A stretch of 64,000 nt of DNA. Origin: Lama guanicoe. Lineage: Eukaryota. The stretch spans positions 259,015 to 323,014 of the forward strand of contig MU054049.1 in assembly GCA_013239625.1 (NCBI GenBank), in the 5' to 3' direction. Shown one piece after another: positions 38,230 to 51,152 of this stretch; the first letter of the stretch is position 1; each line of letters starts with the position of its first letter. Below the pieces are notes generated by a model. That model saw only the letters and a list, made by a program, of their open reading frames with translations, was not told where the DNA came from and made no database searches. Position numbers and translations under genes: made by a program.

Positions 38230-40099
38230 GGGCCTCTGATGGGAATGGCTCCCTGCAAGGGAGGCCCCACTCAGCCATGGGTGGTTCTGCTTCAGCACAG
38301 GATGCTATGACCTCGTGGTCCAGGGCATATGGGGCCACAGGGCTTGAAGAGACCATACCAGCTGGGGCCTCAGCATCCCCGCCCTAATAGGTGGACTGAA
38401 GGACGTGTCCTGCTCTGTGTAGAAATTGTAGGATCTTCATACACTCAAGATGCAGAAGGAGTCTCCAATGTTTTCCATATCGAACTTCTCCCAGCCTGGC
38501 AAAAGCAGCAGCAATGAATAAAACAAGACACACACCTGCCACACAAGTTCTTCTCCTCATTACTTTGAATGACGGATGTCTGGCCTGGCATCAAACTCAA
38601 GTGGGGACACCTCACCTGTGCTTGGATCAGGACAGGGATACCAACTGGAACCCCACTCTGCATTTCCATCCTGACACACACACACACACACGGTTTTGGG
38701 TTTGCCTCTCCCGGTTCCAGATATCCAATCCCAGATCCAGCTGTCATAACCCGCCCTGACAGTTGGGATGTGTGGCTCTGGGGAAAATCAGCAAGGACAC
38801 GAGGTCCTTGGACAGAGAGGAGGCTTGAGGAGGAGGAGAGGAGACTTTGGAGACACACAGGGCGGGTATGTCGGGTGCTGGAGGTCTGACAGGCTGAGCC
38901 GTGCTGGACCATGAGCAGACAAAAGTGGGCAAGCTCCCCACTGGGGCTGGGGTTGACCTCTCTGGTCCCCTGAGCATGGCAGGCTGGGGATGCCTGGATC
39001 AACATACCCCTGTGCCCATGTCCAGGGGACCCAAGTCCACATGGAAGGGAACCGGTCCCCAGATCCTGACAGCTGTGACCCAGTCATCAGAGTTCATTTC
39101 AACAGACATAACCAACAGGGACAGAAAGAGGCACCTCCTTGTGACTCTGAAAACAGCTGAGAGTAAGAGGCTGAGTATTTACAATCACCTATTACTGGTG
39201 GTGTAGACGAGGGCTTCATGACACCACATCGGGAGACCTCAGCAGAGTGACACTTCCTGCCTCCCTTCCTCTCCCCAGCGGGCGATGGGTGACAGCCAGC
39301 ACTGTCTCCGACTCTAGCTTGAATCTGGTGGAGCCATCAAAAGGCAGCCCCCCAGAAGACATCCCTTCCTGGTCTCCCCTCTGCTCTGGGTAAATTTAAC
39401 TGCTCTGCTCTGCCGGCCCCCTATTCTCTCAGGTGGGCTGCCCCATGAGGTGACGATGTGAGAGAGAGGATGCCGGCAAGTGCAGGAAGGCGAGCACCCC
39501 GTGTGGACCGCAGAGCTAAGGCCTGATGTACATCAGCAGGGCCGGCAGCGATGCTGTTGCTCGTCTGCCGGTAATCTGTCTCTGGTGTCTCGTTTCTCAG
39601 TTGGATGTGAGCCCGAGGAGAGTCATGGAGAGTTATTTATGAGTCCCTTAAAACCTCAACAGCCATGTGTCAGGCGCAGTGCCTGGTGCTTTGTAAATGC
39701 AATGTGTCATTTGATCCCCACAACTCTCTGGGGTCAGGACTATTACCCTGTGAATCCGTGCCTCGATCTCTGGGATTCCCAGTCCTGCTCTCCCTCCTCT
39801 GCACCACAAAGCCTCCAGGTGGGTCTAAGCGCGCCTGCCTCTAAGGGTCTGGTGAGGAATCACAGGGACACGGTTTGGTGCAAGACCTTTGTCGCCTGGA
39901 GAGCATAGAGCAAATCTAGGCTCCAGATTTTGTTGCCCAGGGCATCGTTGATGATCTGAGGATCCCCCGACAGAGGATCAAGGCAGGTATGGTGCCCCTG
40001 TTTCCTGCTGTTCTCAGCCCATGCGTTCCCCTTAGATGATTTCATCACTGCACAGCTCCAGTTACCATCTATCTGCTCAGATTTATGTCTCCAGCCCGG

Positions 40100-40990
40100 G
40101 CTGTGTGCAGGGTTCCAGAGGCACGCAGTCCAGGCACATCTCACTTGGCATGAACACAGTGACTTCCTTATCTTCTTTTCCAAATCTGTTCCCCTCCAGT
40201 GCCCTCTGTCTCAGTTTATAACGCTATACCTTGCTGACACTGTCCCCTGTCTGCTGGTCTAAGACACTCTCCTGGCTCCGTCCGATTCCCTCCCACCACA
40301 CGGGCCAGTACGCCTTCCTGCCTGGCTTACCGCAGTGCCCCTTAACTCATCTCCTAGTGCCACTCTTGCCCACATCTGATCCATTCTGTGCATAGCCAGG
40401 ATATTTTTGAGACACAAATCCGATCACTTCCACTCCTTCACTAAAGCCCTTCAAATATTTCTGATCCATTTGGAGAAAGAGCAGTCCCCGACGTGAGCAC
40501 CCCCCACCCCCGCCTCTTTTGGGCACTGCGGGGCTGGCTCCGCCCCCTCGACAGAGATGCTCTGGACAGTCAAACCCTTGAACTTAAGCTGCAGCCACAG
40601 ACTCCCTCTCTCAGACCGCAGAGCTGCTTGGGGGCCCCACACAGGGCCTTTTACTGGCCTCTTGCTGCCTCTTTCTTGACCTGAACAACTCCAACCACCC
40701 TTCAGGTCAGATGTCACTTTCTTGGGAAAGACCCCATCACCCTCCAGACTATCTTGAGTCCCTCTCCTCATTGCTTCTATGAAATACAGATGACTGAAAA
40801 AGTACTTATTGCCATTATGATTTTTAAAATTTATTTGCACTTCTGAAAAAAAAATGTATTTGCATTTCTGGATGACTGCCTTCCCCGCAGGATTATGATG
40901 CTGTGACCAGAGGACTCTCTCCAGCCTGTTTCTTGACTAGGTCCCCTGGCCTCACACAAATATCAATCAGTAAATATTGATTGGATGATA
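40100..40990 (+). mobile_element. L2 3' region
   Basis: aaatccgatcacttccactccttcactaaagcccttcaa ... cagatgtcactttc ... cagtaaatattgattggatga. Confidence 0.7.
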
Positions 40991-41034
40991 CTTGAACATG
41001 GCTGTTGAATAAGTCACAAAAACAATTGAATACG

Positions 41035-42065
41035 TTGATTTTAACAGCCTTATTTTTTTAGAGAAGTTTTAGGTTCATAGCAAAATTGAGCTAAGAGTAA
41101 CACAGTGATTTCCTGTTTGTCTTTGCTCCCACAGGCACAACCTCCCCCACAATCAACATGTCCCGGAGCAGAGAATTACATTCATTATAATCGATGAACC
41201 TACATTGACACATCTTTATCACTTGAATGTTTACATTAGGGTTCACTCTTGGCTCTGTAAGTTCTACAGCCTTGGGCAAAAGTACACAGACATACCTAGT
41301 TTTATTGCTCTTTGCTTTACTGCACTTCACAGATACTGTGTTTTTCACAAATTGAAGGTTTGTAGCAACCCCACAATGAGCACGTCTATTGGCGCCATTT
41401 TCCCAACACCATTTGCTCACTACGTGTCTTTGTCACATTTTAGTAACTCTTGAAACATCTCAGATTTTTTCGTTATTATTATATATGTTTGGAGATCTGT
41501 GATCCATAGTCTTTGATGTTACTACTACCACTCGCTGAAGGCTCAGATGAGGGTTACCATTTTTTAGCAACAATGTTTGAATTAAGGTAGGTACATTGGT
41601 TTTTAGACATAACACTATTGCACACTTAATAGACTATGGTATAGAGTAAACATAACTTTTATGTGCACTGGGAACCCGAAAAAATCTGTGTGACTTGCTT
41701 TATTGCAGTATTTGCTTTATTGCAGTGGGATGGAACTGGACTTGCAGAATCTCCAAGGTCTGCCTGTAATGCCAAGTACCCATCATCATAGTGTCAGAGT
41801 GACTTCACTGCCCTACAGATCCTCTGTGCTTCTCCTGTTCATCCATCTTTCCCCACAAGCCCCTGGCAATTACTGACCTTTTTACTATCTCCATGGCTTT
41901 GCCTTTTCCAAATATCATTTGGTTAGAATCATACATGTATAAATTTTTGCCCGTCTTTAACTCTTCATTCTCTTACTGTTGAGTTTTAAGAGTTCTTTGT
42001 ATATTTACATAAGTCCGTTATCAGATATGTCTTGCAGTCAGAGGCTTATCTTCTCTTTTTCTTGA
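41035..42065 (-). mobile_element. L1MC1-like 3' end interrupted by Tigger1
   Basis: agttttaggttcatagcaaaattgag ... gatgaacctacattgacacatc ... tttacattagggttcactcttgg, resuming after 41768. Confidence 0.85.
41287..41766 (+). mobile_element. Internally deleted Tigger1 (TcMar DNA transposon)
   Basis: Terminal inverted repeats cagacatacct ... aggtctgcctg followed by TA. Both Tigger1 arms are joined with no transposase. Confidence 0.9.
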
Positions 42066-42305
42066 ATAATATTGATTTTTAAAGACAAAAAGAAACCTGA
42101 AACTGTTTTAAGGAGTTTTTGAGATAGATGGATAGATCCAGAAGATAGATCCAGGGACTTCTTCCTTGTCCTTGAACCGAGGCACAAGCCTCGATCTGTA
42201 GACCCTCCTCCACACGAGAGAGCAGGTTTGTCAGGAGTTATGGGGAAGTCGTCTTAGCTCCCTGATGAAACTGAACAATGAACACAATTGAGTCCATCTC
42301 ACCTG

Positions 42306-42803
42306 TGTTATCAAGTCCAAGCTTGTACTGCTCACTTCACAATAGGCCCATAAAACAAGAGACAGGTTGCTGGGGCAAGGAATAGTGACTTTATTCAGAA
42401 AACCAGCAGACTGAGAAGATGGTGGACTAGTGTCCCAAAGAACCATCTTACCCAAGTCAGAATTCAGGCTTCTTTTATACTAAAAAGGGAGGAGGTGTGG
42501 TTGGTTGTTGCAAATTTCTTGGTGACAGAATCCTTTGTTCTTACAGCTGTGCACAGAGGTCAGGTTAAGATGTTCCTGTAAACCTCCAACAAGACCAATG
42601 TTATTCTCTGTTCTATAATATTTTATCTCTGTATGAATGGGAAACTATTATACCTTTAAAGATCAGAGCCTTGAGAATGGGCTCTCTTGTATATTTCAGG
42701 CTATAGGCAACATTCTTAACTCATAGCAAAAGCTATAGAATTCAAAGGTTAAAGTAAAAGAAACAGATCCAATATGGTATCAGATTTGTTCTTTCCTATT
42801 ACA
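42306..42803 (-). mobile_element. ERV1-type solo LTR
   Basis: TGTTA...TTACA ends and TSD CCTG/ACTG. Minus-strand TATAAAA (42473-42479) and AATAAA (42390-42395). Confidence 0.85.
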
Positions 42804-42926
42804 ACTGGCTTGCTGAGCCACTGTCACTATCTCAGGCTAAGGCTTTAGAATAGAAAGCCCCAAAGTCCTTTGAATAGAAGCTCCACAGGGCAGAAGGAGA
42901 AGTGGGCAGCAATCTAAGACTGATGT

Positions 42927-44426
42927 CACAGGTGGATTTACCTTCAAACTAATGATGCTTACAAGACAGGCCCCCAGTTTACAGGAGCCCTTTCCAAAGC
43001 CCCGAGGAGTGGCCCTAAACAATAGAAAAAGTGAGATTGCCTTCTCTTTGCACTGGGACTTCCCCTTTGTCACACACACCCCCGACTCTGACCCCCATCA
43101 GGTGGCACTGGTGGGGTCTCAGGCATTTTGGTACCCAGCTAAGGAGAATTTCAGTTGAGAATACACTGTTTAAATGATAATTTAAAAAGATGTTTTAAAA
43201 TGTTGCAATAAAACAAATGAGAAGTTATAGTTCTCCAATTTGGACGTAAATGTCGTTTATCTTATTTAGATTTTTAATTAAGTAATAGAAAAGAAGCAGA
43301 CTCGCAGATATAGAAAACAAACAAAAACGTGATTACCAGTGGGGAAAAAGGGAAGGGAGAAGGGGCAACATGGGGTCAGGGAGTAAGAGGTAGAAACTAT
43401 TACGTATAAATTAAGCTACAAGGATATATGGTGCAACACGGGGAATGTAGCCAATATTTTATAGTAGCTATAAATGGAGTATAAACTTTAAAATTATGAA
43501 TCACTATATTGTACACCTGTAACTGACAATAACTTACATAATATTGTACAGCAGTTAGACTTCAATTAAAAAAAAAAGAAACCGAGAAAAAAATCAGATA
43601 GAAGTTAATGGAATATGAGGAAAGTCATAAAGATGTGCTATGCAATCAATAGAAATTGTTGTTAATCAAATCAAAATTTTAACTGTTCAGATTTTGCCGA
43701 AGAGGAAGAGATAACATCTTTAATAAAAATAACAAATAGGCTCTTGGCATGTTTAGTCATTTAACTAATTAAAAGGAGTGAATCCCATGAAGATATTGGG
43801 AAGAAAGTTAAATCTCTTGCCAAATTCACTGAAACTGACAACAAAGAAAACACAAAACTCATAAATGCCATTATAACATGAATAAAGATGTGAATACCAT
43901 CATTCAGAGAATATTTAAGAATAATAACCATGTGAAACCTTGAAATGCCCTAAAATCTTATAGATCAAACGTAACAGGAACGTGATACAAGTGTTGTCCA
44001 AATCTGATAATAACACTATAATTTACACGTCATTACCAATGAGTTACGAAGTTGAAAGTAATTTTTCTAAACTATGAGAAAACTTTTAATATTTTTGATC
44101 AGTCACGCCGTGAAGAAAGACTAAATTATCTTTTTATTATGACTGTAGAAAATCATTGTCATATGAAGAGAACAAAGAAATCTCAGCCAAAAACATAAGG
44201 AAAGTATTAGAGATGTCTAGAAGTTTCTGTCTATGTTTTTTGAAGGATCTTGTGATATTTATGTTATTTATCAGCTTTTGAAAATTTGTGATTTACTGGA
44301 ATTCTGGTCGCATTTTTACATAATTTTTACGTAATTTTACACATTTGGTATTCATACTTCAGTGTTCTTTTTCTTAGAGAAGTCCCCCCAGTTGGGTAAG
44401 GAACACTAGAACCTAGGTCTTCTCTG
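42927..44426 (+). mobile_element. Arthur1-like hAT-Tip100 DNA transposon with a transposase C-terminal remnant
   Basis: 5' text cacaggtggatttaccttcaaactaatga. 8-bp TSD ACTGATGT/ACTGACAT. Region ~43990-44155 reads across frameshifts as PNL..LPMSYEVESNFSKL..EERLNYLFI, resembling the hAT dimerisation domain. Confidence 0.8.
43288..43580 (+). mobile_element. L1 3' end inserted in the hAT element
   Basis: agcagactcgcagatatagaaaacaa ... gctacaaggatatatggtgcaacacgggg ... acttcaattaaaaaaa. Confidence 0.85.
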
Positions 44427-44729
44427 ACTGACATGGCTGATGGAGGGATGGGCACCGGTCCCGCCCACAACACAGATGCTCCACTGCCTCAGACCCGTCT
44501 TCGGGGGAAGCTGCCTCATGGCCAAGGGCACACAGAGCCAACCTAAGTACCTGCAGAAGTGGAGGCTTTCCTGCAGAGACTGAGCTCTCTGTCCCTGAAG
44601 CTTCAGCAGAGGGGCCCCTGCCAGGGAGCTCCTGCTTCACGTGGGGAATGGACTGGCATCTTGTCCCTGGATATCTAGGCACCAGATTGACTTCTGGGTC
44701 ATTTCCAGCCCTGATCCTTTTTTAAAGAC

Positions 44730-45076
44730 TGGTGGTGGGCACTGTCACGCTCTTGGAGAGCAAATAAAGTGACTCACACTTTCTGGAAGACAAGTTGGCA
44801 ATCAATATTCAACATGTTCACACCCTTCAGCCCCGTGATTCCCCTTCCAGAAATCTATGAATAGAAATGATTAGAAATGCAGGCAAATATGTAAGCAAGA
44901 TTAGGTTCCCACAGCATCACATAGCATCATGATGATACAATTGAAACAGGGTTAAAAAAAAAAACCCTTTGCTATGTGCAGCTAGGTGTCTAGACTGGAA
45001 GACATTGACCACAATATTGCTAAAATGCTTCTGAGGGGTACAATTTGTGATTGTTATTTTCTTCTTTGTATTTTTA

Positions 45077-45126
<50 letters not shown>

Positions 45127-45180
45127 ATGAACACAGATGACTTTGACAATCAGAAGAAAATGCATTGTTTTAAATGCACC
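44730..45180 (+). mobile_element. Decayed L1ME 3' fragment containing a (TC)n(TG)n microsatellite (~45077-45123)
   Basis: acactttctggaagacaagttggcaat ... cccttcagccccgtgattccccttccagaaatctat. Confidence 0.6.
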
Positions 45181-48100
45181 AGTTGTGGAAGGAAATCAGA
45201 CACCTACACTAGGTGGCAGATACACCTGCTCCCACAGGATCGTTTTGTAGTCATCAGTCTTTCTTTAAAATAAGTTACTTCAGGAGATCGAAAAGTGGAC
45301 CCCACCCATCTCATTTCTCCAGGATCCCTAGAGCCTTTGCCCGGATACTTTGATTCAGCAGTGCTGGTAAACTTGGAGCAGCTCTTTGCAAGATTCCTTG
45401 CATTCTAACGTGGGTTTTCCCCATGATGGGTGGCTATTTTGTGCAGCCTCTTGGGACTGCCAGGCAGTCCCTTTGGTTCTCACTGTCACAAGAACTAAGG
45501 ACATGCCTAAATGGTGATGTCTAACAGCGCATAACCTGAAAACTTCCGTCGTCCAGCTGAAGAGTCCTTTGGACCTTGGAGAGAGCCAGGAAGCAAGAAA
45601 AGAACAAGAGCCCCATGCGGTGGGACTCACCTCCTCTCTGTAGAGTGAGGGACTGGGCGATCCTCCTGGTTCTACCCCCTTGAGCACTGCTACGTGGATG
45701 GTGCACAGGCGGGAGGACACGGAGCTCCCTCTGCCCGTGTGGTGGCCACAGCTCCATTTTTGGTGGACAGTTCAATGTTACCCATCATGAAATTGCATTA
45801 CCTTCTCTAGTTGGCTGGAGTACCTTTGGAAATAAAGCTGGGTTTATGGAAATATATAAACTAAACATGCTGTGCAGGCATGAGTTTTTAAACAGAAATG
45901 AGCAAGGGGAAAGGAGCCAAAAATAATATGTGCCTCTGTGTGCCAGGTCCGCGCCTGGTGCCTGTGTGCATGTGGGACAAGACCGTGAGCTGGGCCATCA
46001 CCTCTGAGCTTGGGGAGGGGACCAGTAGATGTGATGGTCAGAGCAGGGGGCGGGGCGAGTGCCACCGCCCAGCACAGCAAGGGTCTCCATCACGGAGGCC
46101 TCTGTGCAGGGGCCACCATCTTCATGGGACTCAGGGCCACAGGGAGTCTCCACTGGTCGAGCAGTCCTGGCATCCAATCCCAGGAAGGGAGGGTTCCAGA
46201 GAGAAAAAAGAGGACCAGGAGAGGTCAAACTAGACACACAGCCCTGTGCCAGGAGCAGATGGAGGCCACAAGTCACAAGCATAGGGAGGGTACTTCAAAG
46301 GCCACCAGCCGGGGAGGAAGCCACCTGAACTGGGTGCCTGAACACAGCGTGGCCCGCAGAGGCTCTGAACCCCACACCCTCTGATTTCCCTTATCCCAGC
46401 GTTCACAAAGAAAGGAGTTTCCATGTGTCTACCCGGCCCGCAAAGGCCACCAGCTGGTATAGACAACGAGGTGGTTCTGACCCCTTCCAGGGCCTGTTCA
46501 GTCTTTGACCCTATGTTACTCAGGCCAGACCGAGAAACTGGGGAAACCAGGATCCACGGTGGGAAGCATAACTCACTCAGCGTCCCGGCTGGCAGAGGCA
46601 GATTTGGAAGCAGCTGGAAACCACACCGTGAATAACCATGGTTTGGCTTTGGCCACAACTCTCACGGGGGCATTTTCCCCCCCATGCTGCCTGCTCGTGG
46701 GCTTCCAAACCATACACTTGGAAGCTCCCCATCACCAGCCTCTAATGAAACGCACCCAGCCTTCCGAGCATGTCTCCACCTTTACGGATCGGAGCAGTCG
46801 CTGGTCCAGGCCGCACGCACTTGGGGGCGCGCCGCGCGGGCTGCGTGAAGCCAGGTTGCTGTGAGATGCCGGGAAATGGTCTGCAAAGCTCCAATATTTA
46901 TTACTTTCCAAATTTATCACGGCTTAGTCTTCCAACACAGAAAAGTGTGGTTTTGATTTTATTGTCGATGCTTCCCAAAGCCCCGGTCCTGGGTCCTCCA
47001 CGACTGTCCCCCCTGGGTGGGCAGGGCCAGAGGCCTGAGGCTGGGCTCAGGCAGGAGCTGAGCCTTCCCACAGGGTCCTGCTGCTGAGACGGCCCTGGCC
47101 TCGCCCAGTATTACTGGCCATCGGCAGAGGCCCAGCCAACCCCAGGTGGTGGTCCTTCCCCACGTGTCCCCAGGCTGGCTGAGGCCTTCCTGGTAGGCTT
47201 CTCCTGGTGAGTGAGGATCCACTGGCAGGGGACAGAGCAGCTGCTGTCATAAGGAGTGGCCTGGAGCCCCTGGGTCGTGCCAGCATTGTTAGCACAGGAT
47301 GCTTTCGGCACTGGCCTTGAACCCGGCCTTGGAAAGAGGAGGTGAGCACAGGCGGGCAGGTCCTCAGGGGAGAGGAGTGAGCACCCAGCTCGTCCCAAGT
47401 CAGGTGGAACCCACAGGCTCCAAGGGGCTCATCTGGCTTTTCTTTCTCCTTAATCTATCTCTCTTTGTCTCTGTGCATCTCTCACTGTGTTGGTCTCCAT
47501 CTGCCTCGCTCCTCTCTCTCTCCTTTTCTCTGTCTCTCCTACTCACCTCCCATCACCCGCCCCATCACCTCCAGGCCCGGTTTCCCCTAGCAGCAGTTGC
47601 TCTGTGCCCAAGCCCACCTGGGACCTGCAGGGGTGGGTCCTGACCCCGTGTTTGCCCCTCGCCCTGTGCTCTCCTGTGCCCCTCAGGGTGTGCCCTGCCC
47701 CTGGCAGCAGGGGAGCCCTCTCCCCCAGTTCCTCACCTCCCCCACAGTTTGGGGTTAAAAAGAGTTCCTCCGATGTCTGTTGTCTGTCCTGGAAGCTTGT
47801 GGTCTATCTGGAAACTTCTGGAAAGCTCAAGAACCCCTTTTTGCCCTTTCCCTTCATCTCCCTCAGAGTGGACAGCATTTTCCTGGGTGGCATTGTAGCT
47901 GGGGCCAGTCAGCTCCAGCTTTCTCTCTACCAGCATAAGACAACCAAGGGCTGAGCCACCCACAGGGTCCTGAGGTGGCTGCTTCCACCAAATTTTCAGC
48001 CCCAACCCTCTGAACGGTTGGTTCTAGGGGTGGGGGAGCCCTCGCTCACTGCTCCCCCTACTTGTCCTGTCTCTGCTTCTGGACAGCTGAGACCAATGAC

Positions 48101-48274
48101 TTTGAGCACCTGACAGCACCCCCATACTCATCTCTAGGGCATCTAGGATCACAGAGGGACTGAAGGTCATGAAGAGGAACCAAGTGTTCATGGAGGGCAA
48201 TCCTATCAATGGTGGGAGCCACCAAGGCAGGGGACAAAAATACAGTGAAGGCAGCATCATAGGGAGTGGTGGGG

Positions 48275-48488
48275 TCTGCGGTAACTCTTCTACCAGCTAG
48301 ACTGAGCAGCCTCTCTCCTTTCACACGGTGTGGCCAGATGCTCCAATTTTTCAAGAGAAACTTAAAACCTAGATTTTCCTAGGAAACTGTTGTGACATAA
48401 TTTTAAAATGTTTGAGAACCACTCTGTAAGCCAAATCAAATACACTGACAGGGCGAATCTGACCTGCACACCACCTTTATGATCTCTG
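48275..48488. mobile_element. MER103-like hAT-Charlie element
   Basis: tggccagatgctccaatttttcaagagaaa ... gccaaatcaaatacac ... tgatctctg. Confidence 0.65.
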
Positions 48489-49290
48489 TTTGGTGTCCCC
48501 TAACACCCACCCCCTAATCTCCCGCCCACCCTGAGGGCTGGCAGGGAGGTTCCTCAGGGATTCCGCACTCCTCCTTTGCCCCTGCCCAGGCCACAGGCGC
48601 TTCCCCCAGCCCCCGAGCCCCAGAATCATCCAGGTACTCAGAGCATCCACCTGCAGAGTTGGTCAACCTGCCTGTGCCCTGCAGACCCCAGGGCCCTTCC
48701 TGATTCTCACCCAGTGCGGCCAACCACAGACAAACCAAGGCAGCAGGCTGGTCCCAGCCACCCCGGAGGGATCAGGCTGCGCGTGACACGTGCCTTAGGT
48801 TTCTTTCCCTCTTTTGCTGCTATCGAAGATGATGTTTAGATACAGCTGCTTTCTGTCTCCACTCGGGCAACCAACTCAGAGCGCCTGCCAGGGGCTGAGT
48901 CTCACGGCTCCCTAGGAGGGTCCAGCCTGCGCACGGCTGGCCCCGCGGCAGGGCTGCCCCTCAGGTGCTGAGAAGCAGTCATGTTTGGGCCTGTGACCAG
49001 CTTTGCTGAGCTACTGCTGAGCAGCCTGTGCACGTGACTAAGCTGGGTTGACCTGCTTCTTTATCCATAAAATAGGAACATTAGCTTCCTCGGGCTAGAT
49101 AAAAAGACACAGAATTAGACAATATACTTCAATGACCTCCCTGCTTCCCCACCTGCAGAAATCCTGGAATAATCATAATAATGGCTAACATTTGTGAGCC
49201 CTACTATGTGTGAGGCACAGATAAGGGCTTACAAATATCTCATCTAACCCTCACCCCCTCCCGAAGTCCATGTTACAGATGGAATCTCCA

Positions 49291-50008
49291 TTCCTTAAAA
49301 AACTGAAAATAGACTTACCCTATGGTCCAGCAATCCCATTCCTGGGCATATATCTTTTCTAATTCGAAAAGATACATGCACCCTAATGTTCATAGTGGCA
49401 CTATATACAATAGCCAAGCCATGGAGGCAACCTAAATGTCCACCAACAGACAACTGGATAAAGAAGCTGTGGTATAGTTATACAATGGAATACTACTCAG
49501 CCATAAAAAAGAATAAAATAATGTCATTAGCTGCAACATGGGTGGACTTGGAGGTTGTCATTCTAAGTGAAGTAAGTCAGAGAGAGACAGAAAAATGGTA
49601 TGATATCACTTATCTTTGGAATCTTATAAAAAAAGGACACAAATGAACTTATTCACAAAACAGTGACGGACTCACAGATATAGAAAACAAACTTACGGTT
49701 AGTGGGGCAAAGAGGGTGGGACAGATAAATTGGGAGTTTGGGATTTTCAGATACTAACTACTATATATAAAATAGATAAACAATAAAGTCCTACTGTACA
49801 GCACAAGGAACTATATTCAATAACTTGTAATAGCCTATAATGAAAAAGAATCTGAAAAAGAATGTGTATATATATGTGTGTGTGTGTGTATATGTGTGTT
49901 TGTCTGTGTGTGTGTGTATATATATATAAGTGAATCACTGTGCTATACACTAGAAATTAACACACTGCAAATTATATACTTCAATAAAAAATAAATAAAA
50001 TAAAAATG
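49291..50008 (+). mobile_element. Young L1 3' fragment (ORF2 C-terminus plus 3'UTR) inserted in a minus-strand MIR
   Basis: Perfect TSD CAGATGGAATCTCCA (49276-49290, 50009-50023). ORF 49386..49646 (MFIVALYTIAK.WRQPKCP..WIKKLWY.YTMEYYSAIKKN) is the L1 ORF2p C-terminus. Confidence 0.95.
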
Positions 50009-51138
50009 CAGATGGAATCTCCAGCTCCAGAGAAGTTGGGCTATTTGTCCCCGGAAGAGCCTAGATTTTAAAGTTTGGTTTGTCTTAACATTGACTCTAG
50101 AAATACCAAGGCGGGATGTGGGGCCGCCCCTGCTGGCTGCAGTGACTGACCTCCACTCTCTTCAGCTCCTTTGCTAGGACTCACCCCCGCCCCCAGGACC
50201 TGCCATTGGCCCTGGGGTTCAACCTGTGTGGGTTCAGCTGCCTGAGCACCCCACGCGGGCTGGTCAGCCTCAACTCTTGACACAGACCTGCCCACAACCA
50301 CCCGGCTGCCACCTCCTGCCTGTGCAGCCTGGGCCTCTAGTGTGGAATGCCACCCACTTGGTCCAATCAACTCCTACTCATCCTTCAGAACCCAGTTCAG
50401 ACGAACCTTCTACTGAAGCTCTGCCTGGCAGCCCCCCAACCCCACAGTGGGGCTGAACCCCTCAACTGGGCCATCCCAGCCCCGACTCTGGCCTCGAGAG
50501 AGCACTCTTTTTGTTGGGTGAGTTCAGGATACAGTGAGGGACATAACTGGTGACCTAACTGAGCAGAGGCAAGGCGGCCCCTCTGGGTGTGATCAGAGGG
50601 TTCCAGCAGCCATTCCCAGGGCCCCTGTTCTTGCCTCTGATGTCACTCCAGGCTCCTGTTTGCCACTCCTAAGAAAACCACACCCTGCCGAGAAGCCCTT
50701 AGGCCACCCAGCCTGTGAGACCAGAGACTGCAGTCTGTGCTGGATGTCCTGCCCTGGGCTGGGGAGAAAGTCCCCATTGAAGACCGCTGGCCTGCACCCT
50801 CCCCTGTCCCTCCCGTGTGGACTGGACCGTCCCTTCCTCCAGCTTTATTTCACACTTGCTCCAGGTGCCTTCTCATCAGGGACCATGTGAACCTTTCTCA
50901 GGGCTGAGAGGGTCTGAGGGGACCAGGAGCCCCAGGCTGCCCCGGGTGTGACATCCTGTGGTATTATTATCACGAGAGGCGATGTGGTGCAGACAATTTG
51001 CCAGCTAGGACCGGAGCTAGATTAACATCAAAGCCATGCCAGAGATGGGCACCCACTCAAAAATGTAAAAATGTGAAAATATGTATTCCAGCTGTTGGAA
51101 GGGTTTCCAGGAAGGGGGAGGGGTCACTCGGTGGCACG

Positions 51139-51152
51139 GCGCCCCCTGCTGG
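51139..51152 (-). promoter_or_regulatory. CTCF core motif
   Basis: The minus strand reads CCAGCAGGGGGCGC, a full match to CCASYAGRKGGCRS. Confidence 0.6.

Noticed and set aside
49386..49646. 87-codon ORF with real protein similarity
   Set aside because: It is the L1 ORF2p C-terminus inside a truncated insertion, not a host gene.
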